Positions 10,801-21,155 of a DNA stretch of 64,000 nt are shown here, piece by piece. The position numbers and the translations under genes are program-made. The stretch comes from Centroscyllium fabricii (taxonomy: Eukaryota). The notes below the pieces were generated by a model. The model did no database searches. It was not told where the DNA came from and worked only from the letters and a program-made list of their open reading frames with translations. How positions within the stretch are numbered: the first letter of the stretch is position 1; each line of letters opens with the position of its first letter. Where the stretch lies: contig JBNRSN020000053.1 of NCBI GenBank assembly GCA_051313645.2, positions 3,596,001 to 3,660,000 on the forward strand, read 5' to 3'.

Positions 10801-12310
10801 GTCGACATGTTATGGATGTCGACCAGGCGGCGCCGGGTCACGTCGACCAGTAGGCCGTGGGCGCAAAGAAAATCGGCCCCGAGGAGGGTTAGTTTGACTT
10901 GGGCTGTGATGAAGTCCCACTGGTACGTGTGGCCTGCTAGCTTGATGGTGAGCTTGCGGGTGCCGAATGTAACTATCTCGGAGCCATTTGCGGCTTCGAG
11001 TGGTGGGCCTCGGGTGCCTTGCTTGGTTTCTGCGGGGGAGGCTGGCACAATGCTGTGCTGCGTGCCTGTGTCGCAGAGGAAGCGGAGGCCTGAGCCGCTG
11101 TCCGTGACGAAGAGCAGTGCTCCAGAGCGGCCTACGGACATGGTGGGGCTTGAGCTGGTTTGGGGTTTGAAGGTGCAGGGCTGGACGCTGCGCTGCGCTT
11201 TAGCTTCAAACCTGGTGTGGTAGTAACACCAGCCGGGGCCTGTTGTGCGCAGCTTTTTGCGGGTGCGCACTGGCCTGGGTTCAGACTTGGGGCCGGACCT
11301 GGGGTGCGCATAGTAGTGCTCCGGTGCCGCGGCAGTGGGCTCGCACGTGGCGGCTCGGGAGCGCTCGGCCCTCATCAGCTTGTCGGCCTCCTCAGCCAGT
11401 TGCTCTTTACTGTAGTGGTAGAGGATCGTCAGAGCCGGTCTGACGGAGGGAGGCAGTTTGAGGAGGAACAAGGTGCGCTTAATGGTGGCTGGGTCGCAAT
11501 TGAGCGCTTCCATTTGGGCCCAGAGGTCCGATGGGTCTGCGTCCCCGAGTTTGGGGAGGTTAATGAGCTGGCAGTCGCGCTCAAACTGGGAGGGGGTGAA
11601 TTTCTTTAGCAGCGCGGCTTTAAGGAATTCGTACCTGCCAGCGGTTGGTTCGTGCTGTATCGATGGCCACATTCGGTCGACCGTGGTCTGTGATAGGGCC
11701 GCGAAGAGCAGGTTGTATCGATCGTCCCCCTGTACGCCATGGATGCGGTAGGTGTTCTCCGTGCTGAGGAACCAGGCCGCTGGACGTAGTTCCCAGAACT
11801 CTGGCAGGGTTGGTATTAGGCCGGAGTTCTGGCCCAGTCTGTGAAGTCGCGCTGTTTGGCACCCTGCTGGCATGTTGGTTGGGAGTGTACTGAGGCAGCT
11901 TGGCCCTCAGTCCTGCAGCAACTAATAATAATAATTCAACTTTATTGTCATTATACAATGTACAAGTACATGAACAACGAAATGTGATCTTGCAAGCTCC
12001 CAAGAGTCCAGCTTCATTATGTTCCCTTGGAAGTCGTTCCAAGTATCGAGGTCACCACTGTAGTGCATGCACGCATGAAGAACCACGCTAGAGACAGTGA
12101 GATCGGATAACACTCATTTAATAGTTTACACTGCAAGGGCCAGGTAGCGAAGAGACTGAGCCACCTGGAACAGGCATATTTAAAGGGCCCGCGGTTGGTG
12201 ACGTCACTGCCGGAAGTCCCGGTGACGTCATCACGCCACCCGGTGGGCGGGGCCGTGTCCCGCAGTACTCCCGAGGCGGATTCGTTAGTCTTGGTGGGCG
12301 TGTCGCCACA
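7894..12310 (-). mobile_element. Nested Gypsy element C (CsRn1-like), 3' LTR truncated
   Basis: 5' LTR at 12059-12310 (TG...CA) followed by PBS TGGTGACCTCGA (tRNA-Trp-like). PPT TCTGGCGGGGAGCTG precedes only about 59 bp of 3' LTR (7894-7952). Confidence 0.88.
8049..11873 (-). CDS. Gag-pol polyprotein of element C (1274 aa)
   Basis: CHCC-like gag motif CYYH...C, protease CDTG, RT (WASPL, DYRRLN, YLDD), RNase H (TDAS, DREL, DHKP) and integrase HHCC/DDE. The first RT catalytic Asp appears changed (FSKINL), so it is probably inactive. Confidence 0.9.
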   Translation of the reverse strand: MPAGCQTARLHRLGQNSGLIPTLPEFWELRPAAWFLSTENTYRIHGVQGDDRYNLLFAALSQTTVDRMWPSIQHEPTAGRYEFLKAALLKKFTPSQFERDCQLINLPKLGDADPSDLWAQMEALNCDPATIKRTLFLLKLPPSVRPALTILYHYSKEQLAEEADKLMRAERSRAATCEPTAAAPEHYYAHPRSGPKSEPRPVRTRKKLRTTGPGWCYYHTRFEAKAQRSVQPCTFKPQTSSSPTMSVGRSGALLFVTDSGSGLRFLCDTGTQHSIVPASPAETKQGTRGPPLEAANGSEIVTFGTRKLTIKLAGHTYQWDFITAQVKLTLLGADFLCAHGLLVDVTRRRLVDIHNMSTIPCSTGPAHQAHTASHCRARNSDTYGTLLAEFPALTNPTFTARMAKHGVEHHITTTGPPVHAHARRLDPAKLEIAHTEFHIMEQLGIIRRSSSHWASPLHIAPKPGGGWRPCGDYRRLNNATTPDRYPVPHIQDFSARLAGCTIFSKINLVRGYHQVPVHPADVPKTAVITPFGLFEFLRMPFGLKNAAQAFQRLMDSVLRDLQFTFVYLDDILVASTSPQEHLLHLRTLFKRLIEHGIILSPSKCRFGIETIDFLGHRISQTGAIPLPSKVQAVQELPRPHSIKGLQEFLGMVNFYNRFIPGAAALMAPLYQATRGQSNKAAVERTAEATTAFTATKTALANATLLAHPRPNARVALTTDASDRAIGAVYEQWTGNSWQPLAFFSRQLRPPEVKYSAFDRELLALYLAVRHFRFLLEGRHFTAFVDHKPLVSAMAKIAEPWSARQQRQLAAVSEFTTDIQHIAGRDNVVADCLSRPTINSVQTAVDYAKLAADQLTDPDLLDPATNLPGLHLATVAHGPTATAVRCDVSLPQPRPVVPHAWRRHIFQTLHDLSHPGARASTKLISARFIWRGLRKDVRAWTNACTACQRAKVHKHIKAPLETIAIPARRFSHVHIDLVGPLPPSRGHTHVMTMVDRSTRWPEAVPLTATTTADLARAFIATWVARFGVPTDITSDRGPQFTSTLWATIAHDLGATLHRTTAYHPQANGLCERFHRSIKASLRASLKDATWTDRLPWVMLGLRSAAKEDLHASAAELVYGQPLTVPGEFVAETNAPWSADRCLKEFNNQAGAFKPLPVARHGGPAARVPDGIKNAKYVFVRHDAHRTPLQPPYDGPYRVLRAGPKTFQIKMGNRTETVSIDRLKPAHVMAGETTVPAQPPKRGCPTSPKPAHTPMQNKEQRTTRAGRIIRPPQRLA

Positions 12311-12717
12311 GCGTCTCTGATTAGACTGTTCACATGGACCTGGGCCGATTGCGCTCTGCAGTCACAGGCCCGTGATAGCACTCTCAGCGCTCTTAAGAAT
12401 TCCACGCTGGACTCACCGGGTTGCTGCTTTCTGGTGGCTAGAATGTGTCTGGCGTGGACGATATTGGGTGCCCGGTTGTACTCCGCCTTGAGGATCCTGA
12501 TAGCATCCAAGTATGATGATGCGTCCACGATCATGGAGTACACCTGAGGGCCCACCCGGGCGTTGAGGAGTCGCCGTTTGTCCTCTTCGGTCCTGACGAC
12601 CCCTGCGTTCGCTCTCATGTACGCATTGAAGCAGTCGTACCAGTGCGAGAATGTGTTTGATGCGCCTGGTGTCCGGGGATCCAATTCGAACGTTGCTGGC
12701 TTGAGCATTGCGTCCAT
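12311..12717 (-). pseudogene. Element A gag N-terminal part, cut by the element C insertion
   Basis: MDAMLKPATFELDPR...RHILATRKQQPGES...LIRDA, homologous to element B gag. Confidence 0.85.
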
Positions 12718-13049
12718 CTTCAAAATTTAGCGAATAAAATTGTGACCGAAATAACGACCTCGTGGACGAGTAGTTAGAAAGGTGAAACAATACGGCTTTT
12801 ATTCGCTAAATGGTAGACATGCACCAGCTAGTCGACCGTCCCCAGGAAAGGCCGGGGGATGAGAGACGGCCGCTTATATACCTCCTCCTGGGAGGGAGGA
12901 GTCGCGGGTGGAGCCAGCATGGGCATGTCCGGGTAATCGCACACAATAGGTTATATACAACATGGCTAATGGTACGATTACAGAGATACATATATATACA
13001 TAACGGGGTGGGTATATACAAGGAAACAGTGGTTTACCACACTCACTAT

Positions 13050-13270
13050 CAGTAAGACTTGCATTTCTATAGCGCCTTTCACAACCTCAAGATGTCCCAA
13101 AGCGCTTTACAGCTAATAAAGTACTCTTGAAGTGTAGTCACTGCTGTAATGTAGGAAAAGCGGCAACCAATTTATGCACAGCAAGCTCCCACAAATGCCC
13201 AGATAATCTGTTTTTAGTGATGTTGGTTAAGGGATAAATATTGTCCCCAGGACTCCCCCTGCTCTTCTTT
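13050..13270 (-). mobile_element. Deu-type (SacSINE1-like) SINE fragment with L2-derived tail
   Basis: ttgcatttctatagcgcctttcac...tcccaaagcgctttac; homologous to 19860-20060. Confidence 0.6.
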
Positions 13271-13279
13271 AACTCATGT

Positions 13280-13542
13280 CACAGAAACACAGAAACACAG
13301 AAGATAGGAGCAGGAGTAGGCCATTCGGCCCTTCGAGCCTGCTCCGCCATTCAATGAGATCATGGCTGATCATCCAAACCCCGCCACTGCCCTCCCCCCA
13401 TATCCCTATCGAGCCTGCACCGACACATATCCCACCCTATTCCCGTAACCCCATATTTTCAACCCCCCTAACACTAAGGGTCAATTTATCCTGGCCAATC
13501 AACCTAACCCGCACATCTTTGGACTGTGGGAGGAAACCGGAG
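13280..13542 (-). mobile_element. HE1-like V-SINE, 3' part, split by Gypsy element B
   Basis: V-domain ctttggactgtgggaggaaaccggag and a CR1-type tail (ggccattcggcccttcgagcc); the SINE continues at 18135. Confidence 0.75.
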
Positions 13543-16500
13543 TGTGACCTTCAATAACGTCCACGGAGTCGAGTAGTTGATAAGAAACAATCAGGCTTTT
13601 ATTGACTACAATAGGAATGCACAACAGTAAGCTGACTGTCCCCAGGAATGGCATGGGGGATGGGGGCAGTCACTTAAGTACTCCCTCCAGCGGGGGAGGA
13701 GTCGTGGGCGGAGCCAGGTATGTTCCAGGTAACAGGTATACAGTGATATAAGTGATATACAGTTTATCACATTCACCCCTTCTTTAAGAACTAAAATACA
13801 GCGGGGTGAAAAACTAACAATTACAAGTTTGATCAAAAAAAAATATATATATACAACCGCAGTTCTTATGATTACAAGTTTAATCTATCAGGCGCTCCCC
13901 CAGCCGAGTCTTTCAGGCGGTTTGGTTGTCCGCGTTGATCTTCGCACCGCTGGTGGTGCCTGTGGTGTTCGTGGTCGTGGAGCGGCTGGTTGTGTCGGTT
14001 GCTCCATTGATGCCTGTCGACTGGTGGTGGTTGTTGAATTATTTCTGTGTGGCGGTGGTGCCCTTATTCTGACAGCAGGGGGCGCGTTCTCTCCTTCGTC
14101 CTCTGACTCTAGGGGGCGCGCGCTGTGGATCCAAGCTTGGGGCGAGGTCGTGCTGCTCGCAGGTGCCTTGTGCACATACTGGGGTACTGGGGCCACGTGT
14201 CGGGGCGGGTACTTCGGCTTCGGCGGCATGGGGCGCGTCACAGGACATTTTGGGTGCGCGACCGGCTGGGCGGGGCTTCTTGGGAGCTCGGGCTGCCTGG
14301 CGGGGCTGGGTTTTGGGACTCCTGCTGGGGCTAGGTCCTTTATAGACACGGTGTCCTCCCTCCCATCGGGGAACGCTATATAAGCGTACTGGGGGTTGGC
14401 GTGCAGGAGGTGGACCCGTTCGACTAGGGGATCTGCCTTGTGTCCCCTCACATGCTTCCGGAGCAGGACCGGTCCCGGAGATAGTAGCCACGATGGTAGC
14501 GAGGTCCCGGAAGCTGACTTCCTGGGGAAGGCAAAAAGTATTTCGTGAGGGGTGGCATTGGTGGCAGTACACAGGAGGGACCGGATAGAGTGGAGTGCTT
14601 CAGGGAGAACGTCCTGCCATCGGGTGACTGGGAGGTTTTTAGACCGTAGGGCTAACTGGATGGCTTTCCAGACCGTGGTGTTCTCTCTCTCTACCTGTCC
14701 GTTCCCCCGGGGGTTGTAGCTGGTAGTCCTGCTAGTCGCGATGCCTTTCGCTAGCAGAAACTGACGCAGCTCGTCGCTCATAAAAGAGGCCCCCCGGTCA
14801 CTATGGATATAGTTAGGGTACCTGAACAGGGTGAAAATGCTATTGAGAGCCTTGATGACGGTGGTGGAGGTCATGTCCTCGCAGGGAATAGCGAAGGGGA
14901 AGCGGGAGTACTCATCTATTACGTTAAGGAAGTACACATTCCTGTTAGATGAGGGAAGGGGCCCTTTAAAGTCGACACTGAGTCGTTCAAAGGGGCGAGT
15001 GGCTTTGATCAAGTGCGCCCGGTCTGGCCGGTAGAAGTGCGGCTTGCACTCTGCGCAGACTTGGCAGTTGCTGGTCATGGTCTTGACCTCCTCGATGGAG
15101 TAGGGGAGGTTGCGGGACTTCACAAAGTGAACCAACCTGGTGACCCCCGGGTGGCAGAGGTCATTGTGGAGAGTTTGGAGACGGTCCGCCTGTGCGCTGG
15201 CACAGGTACCGCGGGATAGGGCATCTGGGGGTTCGTTAAATATCCCGGGCCGGTACAAGATATCATAATTGAACGCAGATAGTTCAGTTCTCCACCTTAA
15301 TATCTTGTCGTTCTTTATTTTACCCCGTTCTTTGTTATTAAACATGAATGCGACTGATCGTTGGTCAGTCAACAGGGTAAAACGCTTGCCGGCCAGGTAG
15401 TGCTTCCAGTGCCGCACTGCTTCAACAATGGCCTGGGCCTCCTTTTCGACTGAGGAATGGCGGGTTTCGGGGCCTTGGAGGGTACGTGAAAAGAAGGCCA
15501 CGGGTCTGCCCGCCTGGTTGAGGGTGGCGGCTAGGGCAAAGTCCGATGCATCACTCTCCACTTGGAATGGGACGGACTCATCCACAGCGTGCATCGTGGC
15601 TTTGGCAATATCGTTTTTAATTCTGCAGAACGCCGAGTTGGCTTCTGCAGAAAGGGGAAAAGAGGTCGATTTAAGTAGTGGGCGAGCTTTGTCCGCATAA
15701 TTGGGGACCCACTGGGCATAATAGGCAAAGAATCCCAAACTCCGTTTAAGAGATTTGGGGGAGTGGGGGAGGGGGAGCTCCATGAGGGGACGCATGCGGT
15801 CTGGGTCTGGACCGATGACTCCATTCTCCACCACGCTGCCGAGGATGGCTAGGCGGGTGGTGTTAAACACACATTTCTCCTTGTTATATGTTAGGTTCAG
15901 AGTTTTGGCCGTAAGGAGAAATTTTTGGAGGTTATCGTTATGGTCCTGCTGGTCATGGCCGCAGATGGTCACATTATCAAGATACGGGAATGTCGCTCGC
16001 AGCCCGTACTGATCAACCATTCGATCCATCTCCCTCTGGAAGACCGAGACCCCGTTTGTGACGCCAAACGGAACCCTAAGGAAGTGGTAGAGGCGACCGT
16101 CAGCCTCAAAAGCTGTATAAGGACGGTCCTCTGGGCGGATGGGAAGCTGGTGATAAGCAGATTTTAAATCGATTGTGGAGTACACTTTAAATTGTGCGAT
16201 TTGGTTCACCATGTCCGCTATCCGGGGGAGAGGGTAGGCGTCTAGTTGGGTGAACCGGTTTATGGTCTGGCTGTAATCCACCACCATCCTATTCTTCTCT
16301 CCAGTTTTTACTACCACTACCTGTGCTCTCCAGAGGCTATTACTGGCCTCTATGACCCCCTCTTTTAGGAGGCGCTGCACCTCAGATTTTATAAATATCA
16401 TGTCCTCAGCACTGTAGCGCCTACTTTTGGTGGCGATGGGCTTACAGTCTGGGGTGAGGTTCGTAAATAGAGATGGAGGGGCAACCTTAAGGGTTGAGAG

Positions 16501-18134
16501 GCCACAGGTAGTGTACTGGGGGTACCGCCTTGAGCCGCGGTTCCTGACCGTGAGTGAGGGAAGGGGTCCGCCGAATGCCATAGTAACGCTCCGAAGATGG
16601 CACTGAAAATCCAGTCCCAGGAGTAGGGGGGTGCAGAGCTGCGGCAGCACGTAAAAACTAAAATCCTTAAACATAGCGCCCTGTACATTAAGCATTACAG
16701 TACAGCGCCCTGTAACGTCAGCGGATTCTGACTTTGATGCCATAGATATTCTCTGGCGCGCAGGGATTACTTTAAGGGAGAGGCGCTTTACAGTATTTGG
16801 GTGAACAAAACTTACTGTGCTCCCACTGTCGAACAGGCACACCACCTCTTCATCATTGACTTCCACCGGCATCATTGATTTCTCCAGTGGTTGAATCTTC
16901 CTCTGGTCTAGGCTCATCGATGCTAGCACAGGGTCCTCCGAGTTATCTTGATCCGGAGAGTAGTCCTCCAAGTCTGCTCCCCAAGATGGCTGCCGCCATG
17001 TGTTGGGCTGTGGAGGTTGATGCTGAGTACAAAATGGCCACTGTAGCTGCTGCCATGAGGGCTGCTGAGTGGGGGATGGGTGAGCCCAATGTGGCTGCTC
17101 CCCTGTTCCACACGCAGCGCTGCCCAGTTTAGATTTAAAGTTAAAGTTTTTACAGACCTTAGCATAATGTCCCTTTTTGTCACATTTTGAACAGGTCACT
17201 TCTCTGGCAGGGCAGCTGCGTCTTGAATGTTGAGGTTGCCCACAGAAGTAGCATCTAGCTTTAGCGTGGGCAGCTGTGAGTAGTTCTTCTGCCGGTCGTT
17301 GCACCGGCGTTGTCCAAGATTGCGGGGCTGGGCCCGTATAATTACTTGAGTATGAGGATAAGTCCATTGATGCGCTATCCAGCGCGTGTCCCAAGTCTGT
17401 GGTCGCCTGTAAATCCTGGCCGTTCTGCTCCAGCAGTCTCTGTCTGGCATAGTCCGATTTTAGACCAGTTACGTAGGCATCTCTGATGAGGCTCTCCATA
17501 TGAACTTGAGCCGTTTGCGCTTTGCAATCACAGTCCCAAGCCAGAGTTCTGAGGGCTCTGAGGAACTGCACACTTGATTCGTTGTTCTGTTGCTTTCTAG
17601 TAGCAAGTATGTGTCTCGCGTGGACTATGTTCGGTGCCCGCTTATATTCCGCCTCGAGGAGTCTGATGGCCTCTTGGAATGATGGGGCGTCCACTGTCAT
17701 TGAGTACACTTGAGGGCCCACTCGGGCGTTGAAGAGTCGCCGTTTTTGCTCCTTGGTCACTATGACCGCCGCGTTGGCTCTGATGTACCCTTCGAGTACG
17801 TTTCTCCAGTGTGAGAAGGCGTTTGCTGCTCCTGAAGATCAGGGGTCAACTTCGAACACTGATGGTTTAAGCATTGCAGTATCCATTTCCAGTAGTCAAT
17901 AAAATTGTGACCTTCAATAACGTCCACGGAGTCGAGTAGTTGATAAGAAACAATCAGGCTTTTATTGACTACAATAGGAATGCACAACAGTAAGCTGACT
18001 GTCCCCTGGAATGGCATGGGGGATGGGGGCAGTCACTTAAGTACTCCCTCCAGTGAGGGAGGAGTCGTGGGCGGAGCCAGGTATGTTCCAGGTAACAGGT
18101 ATACAGTGATATAAGTGATATACAGTTTATCACA
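13543..18134 (-). mobile_element. Full-length Gypsy element B
   Basis: 229-bp LTRs at 13543-13771 and 17906-18134 with TG...CA ends, TSD CGGAG/TGGAG (one CpG change) and PPT AAAGAAGGGGTGAA. Confidence 0.95.
13888..17886 (-). CDS. Gag-pol polyprotein of element B with one premature stop at codon 16
   Basis: In-frame ATG at 17886 gives MDTAMLKPSVFEVDP then TGA (17839-17841; Arg in element A). The frame stays open through two CCHC-type knuckles, protease FDSG, RT (YLDN), RNase H (SDAS, EKE, TDQ) and integrase HHCC/DDE. Confidence 0.9.
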
Positions 18135-18268
18135 TGGAGCACCCGGAGGAAACCCACGCAGACACGGGGAGAATGTGCAAACTCCACACAGATAGTACCC
18201 GAGGCTGGATTTGAACCCGGGTCTCCAGAGCTGTGAGGCAACACTGCTAACCACTGTGCCACCGTGTC
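18135..18268 (-). mobile_element. HE1-like V-SINE, 5' tRNA-derived head and V-domain
   Basis: Minus strand shows A box ggtggcacagtggttag, B box gggttcaaatcc, then gtgtggagtttgcacattctcccc. Confidence 0.8.
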
Positions 18269-18274
18269 GTGGGC

Positions 18275-18425
18275 TCTTTTACGTCCACCTGAGAGAGCAG
18301 ACTCAGTATAACGTCTCATCTGAAAGACGGCACCGCCGACAGTGCAGCACTCCCTCAGCACTGCACTGGAGCATCAGCCTGGATTTGTACTCAAGTCTCT
18401 GGAGTGGGACTCGAACCAACAACCT
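18275..18425 (-). mobile_element. Deu-domain SINE fragment
   Basis: ctcatctgaaagacggcacc...cagtgcagcactccctcag, shared with 20130-20220. Confidence 0.6.
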
Positions 18426-18669
18426 TTCAGCCAGATACGAGCTCTTCAGACCAACACTCTGAACAGGTTCATGGGGATGTCAGCATTGCAAGCCCCTTTA
18501 TCCTGTGGCCAGAAGCTGTAAAGACCAGTTGGTAACGGTTATGTCATGTCAGAGATATCAGATTCCAACCTATAGATAGATTTCTGATGGATGTGGGACC
18601 TCATTTGCCAAGGCAGATCGAGTCAGCACCAGTGGTGGTCTGATCCAACATGGCACAAGTCTTACAAAA

Positions 18670-19815
18670 ACAAAATACTGTGGATGCTGGAAGTCTGAAA
18701 TAGAAACAGAAAACGCTGGAAATATTCCTCAGGTCAGGGCAGCATCTGTGGAGAGAGAAACAGAGTTAACCTTTCAGGTCGATGACAATGTTACGAGGTG
18801 TAATTTACCTTCCACCATATCACAGACCTTCCCTTTTGCTCTCTCAAGTTCATGTTCCAGTTGACTTTATTTGTCACATAGATCATTAGACATGTACAAA
18901 GTGTAGTGAAATGCTTAGTCGCAAGCTCCATGTCTGTGCTCTCCGGATAACAATAAATACAAATAATAATTAATAATTACAAGAAGAAAAAGGCATTCAA
19001 TTGTCAGGGAGCAGTGTACCGACCCTTGGTAGCGTCTTCATTTGGGATCCGGATGGCTTGGGAGTAAAAGCTCCTCCTAAGCCTCTCTGTGTTGGTCTTA
19101 ATGCTGCGGTAGCGTTTTCCTGACCGCAGCAGTGAGAAGAGGCCGTTGTTCGGGTGACTAGGGTCCTTAATGACCTTCTGAACCTTAGTCATGCACCACC
19201 TGGTGTAGATATCCTGCAGGTTAGGGAGTGCACCCCCGGTGGCACGTTCTGCCGACCGTACTACCCTCTGCAGGGCCCTACGGTCTTGTTTAATGCTGTT
19301 ACCATACCAGGCGGTGATGCTCCCCGACAGGATACTCTCAATAGTACATTTAGAAAAGTTGTTTAGTATTTGGGGGGACATTCTAAATTTCCTCAGGCTT
19401 CTGAAATGGTAAAGACGCTGCCGCGCCTTCTTCACCAAGGTGTCTATGTGAAGGGACCATGTCAGGTCATCAGAAAGATGGACACCGAGGTATCTGAAAT
19501 TACTCACCCTCTCTACTGGGGTTCCATCGATCGTGAGAGAGTTATAGTACCTCTCCTGCTTCCTCCCAAAGTCCACTATCAGCTCCTTTGTCTTGCTGAC
19601 GTTCAGGAAGAGGTTGTTGTCCTGCCACCACAGTGACAGGTTCTCCACTTCCTTCAGGTAGGCCTTCTCGTCGTTGTTGGTGATCAGGCCCACTACAACT
19701 GTATCCTCCCCTCTCCCCTTTCCCTGATCCTGCACTTGCTTAAAACCTGTTCCATCTCTAACTTTTTCCAGTTCTGATGTAGGGTCATCGACCTGAAACG
19801 TTAACTCCATTTCTC
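18670..19815. mobile_element. Penelope-derived repeat remnant (18670-18845 and 19707-19815) split by a Rex1/Babar insertion
   Basis: Same gatgctggaa...cagagttaac arm as at 1992 and 20970; a degenerate hammerhead core ctgatgt...gaaac lies near 19774-19799. Confidence 0.55.
18846..19706 (-). mobile_element. 5'-truncated Rex1/Babar LINE (RT C-terminal region)
   Basis: DTVVVGLI...AYLKEV...LNVSKTKELIVDF...FRYLGVHL...KKARQRLY...ESILSGSITAWYGN...LQRVVR, followed by a 3' UTR with AATAAA. Confidence 0.85.
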
Positions 19816-19859
19816 ACAGCACAAGTCGTTTTGTTGGAGCTGCTCTGTTGGTAGAAAAA

Positions 19860-20225
19860 AATACTTACATTTATATAGCACCTTTGATGACCTCAGAATG
19901 TCCCAAAGTGCTTTACAGTCAATGAAGTACTTTTTGAAGTGTAGTCACTGTTGTAATGTAGAAAATGCAGCAATCAGATTGCGCACAGCAAGGTCCCACA
20001 AACAGCAATGAGATAAATGACCAGCTGTTTTTCAGTGATGTTGGTTGAGGGATAAATATTGGCCAGGACGCCGGGGAGAACTCCCCTGCTCTGCTTCAAA
20101 ATAGTGGCCGCGGGATCTTTTACACCTCAGTTCATCGTCTCATCTGAAAGACGGCACCTCCGACAGTGCAGCCCTCCCTCAGCACTGCACTGGAGTGTCA
20201 GCCTGGTTTATGGGCTCAAGTCATG
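19860..20225 (-). mobile_element. Deu-type (SacSINE1-like) SINE
   Basis: L2-type tail (ttacatttatatagcacc) plus Deu-domain sequence. Confidence 0.65.
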
Positions 20226-20622
20226 GAAGCGTTTGAACTGTCCCTGATGTCAGTGTGCAGACTGAGACAGGCCAGAGCGGACTAGAGTGGGACAGGCACT
20301 CCTGTTTTCAATTCAAAAGTTCTCCATTGTTTGGAGCAGGGGCTTATTTGATCCAGTATGGAATATTGTTGCTCCATTACTCTGCTCGGACAATGCTGTG
20401 TAAAAGCCCTGCTGGGAGTGGCCTGAGTGAAACCCACAATTTGTCACAATTAAAACCTATGGACAGAAAATGTATTAAAAATCTTACATCTGCAAGCACT
20501 TCTTGTCCACAAAATTTAACTTCCTGTCGTCACACTTTTGTGATACTTTGGTGTTGATTATTTTTTACTATAAATTCCTGTGAGCAGATTGAGAATGGGG
20601 TCTGCCTGTGTAAAGTTATCAC

Positions 20623-20860
20623 TGTGGCGGCACACCAAGACTAACGAATCCGCCTCGAGAGCTGCGGGGCATAGCCCCGCCCATCGGGTGACGTGATGAC
20701 GTCACCACATCCCTCGGCGTGATGAGGTCACTAAAGCGGGCCTTTTAAATAAGCCTGCTCCTCGTGTTTCAGTCTCTTCCTTCCTTACTGTAATGTAATA
20801 AACAAGTGTTTTTCTGTCTCTCTGGCTCCCGCATGGTTCTTGGGTCCTGTAAGCGCTACA
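20623..20860 (+). mobile_element. Solo LTR related to element C
   Basis: TG...CA ends with 4-bp TSD TCAC. It shares caccaagactaacgaatccgcctcg and gtgatgacgtcacc with the reverse complement of 12059-12310. Confidence 0.85.
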
Positions 20861-20969
20861 TCACGCTATAATTAAACCCTCCTGCCAGTAGTGGCACTGT
20901 AGCACTATAGTTTTGCCCCTTCACCTCCTCAGCCTGCACTGCAGTCAAACTGTTGTAAGTTTTATGATA

Positions 20970-21155
20970 GCAAAATACCGCAGATGCTGGAAATCCAAAA
21001 TAACAACAGAAACGCTGGAAAAACTCAGCAGGCCAGGCAACATCGGTGGAGAGAGAAACAGAGTTAACGTTTCTCGACCTGAAACGTTAACTCTATTTCT
21101 CTCTCCACCGATGTTGCCTGGCCTGCTGAGTTTTTCCAGCATTTTCTGCTGTTAT
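20970..21155. mobile_element. Foldback Penelope-derived repeat (near-perfect hairpin)
   Basis: Arms of about 74 bp (about 21000-21073 and 21081-21154) are nearly perfect reverse complements around a 7-nt loop. Confidence 0.75.

Larger units (their letters stand above)
6519..13041 (-). mobile_element. Gypsy element A, internally deleted and non-autonomous, hosting nested element C
   Basis: 301-bp near-identical LTRs at 6519-6819 and 12741-13041 with TG...CA ends, TSD CTCAC on both sides, and PPT AAAGAAGGGGTGAA next to the 3' LTR. Confidence 0.93.

Noticed and set aside
8195-17713. Many overlapping alternative-frame and antisense ORFs within the Gypsy elements
   Set aside because: They are shadows of GC-rich gag-pol sequence with no independent motifs.
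18190-18268. Possible tRNA gene (A and B boxes)
   Set aside because: It is the tRNA-derived head of a V-SINE and is directly followed by the V-domain.
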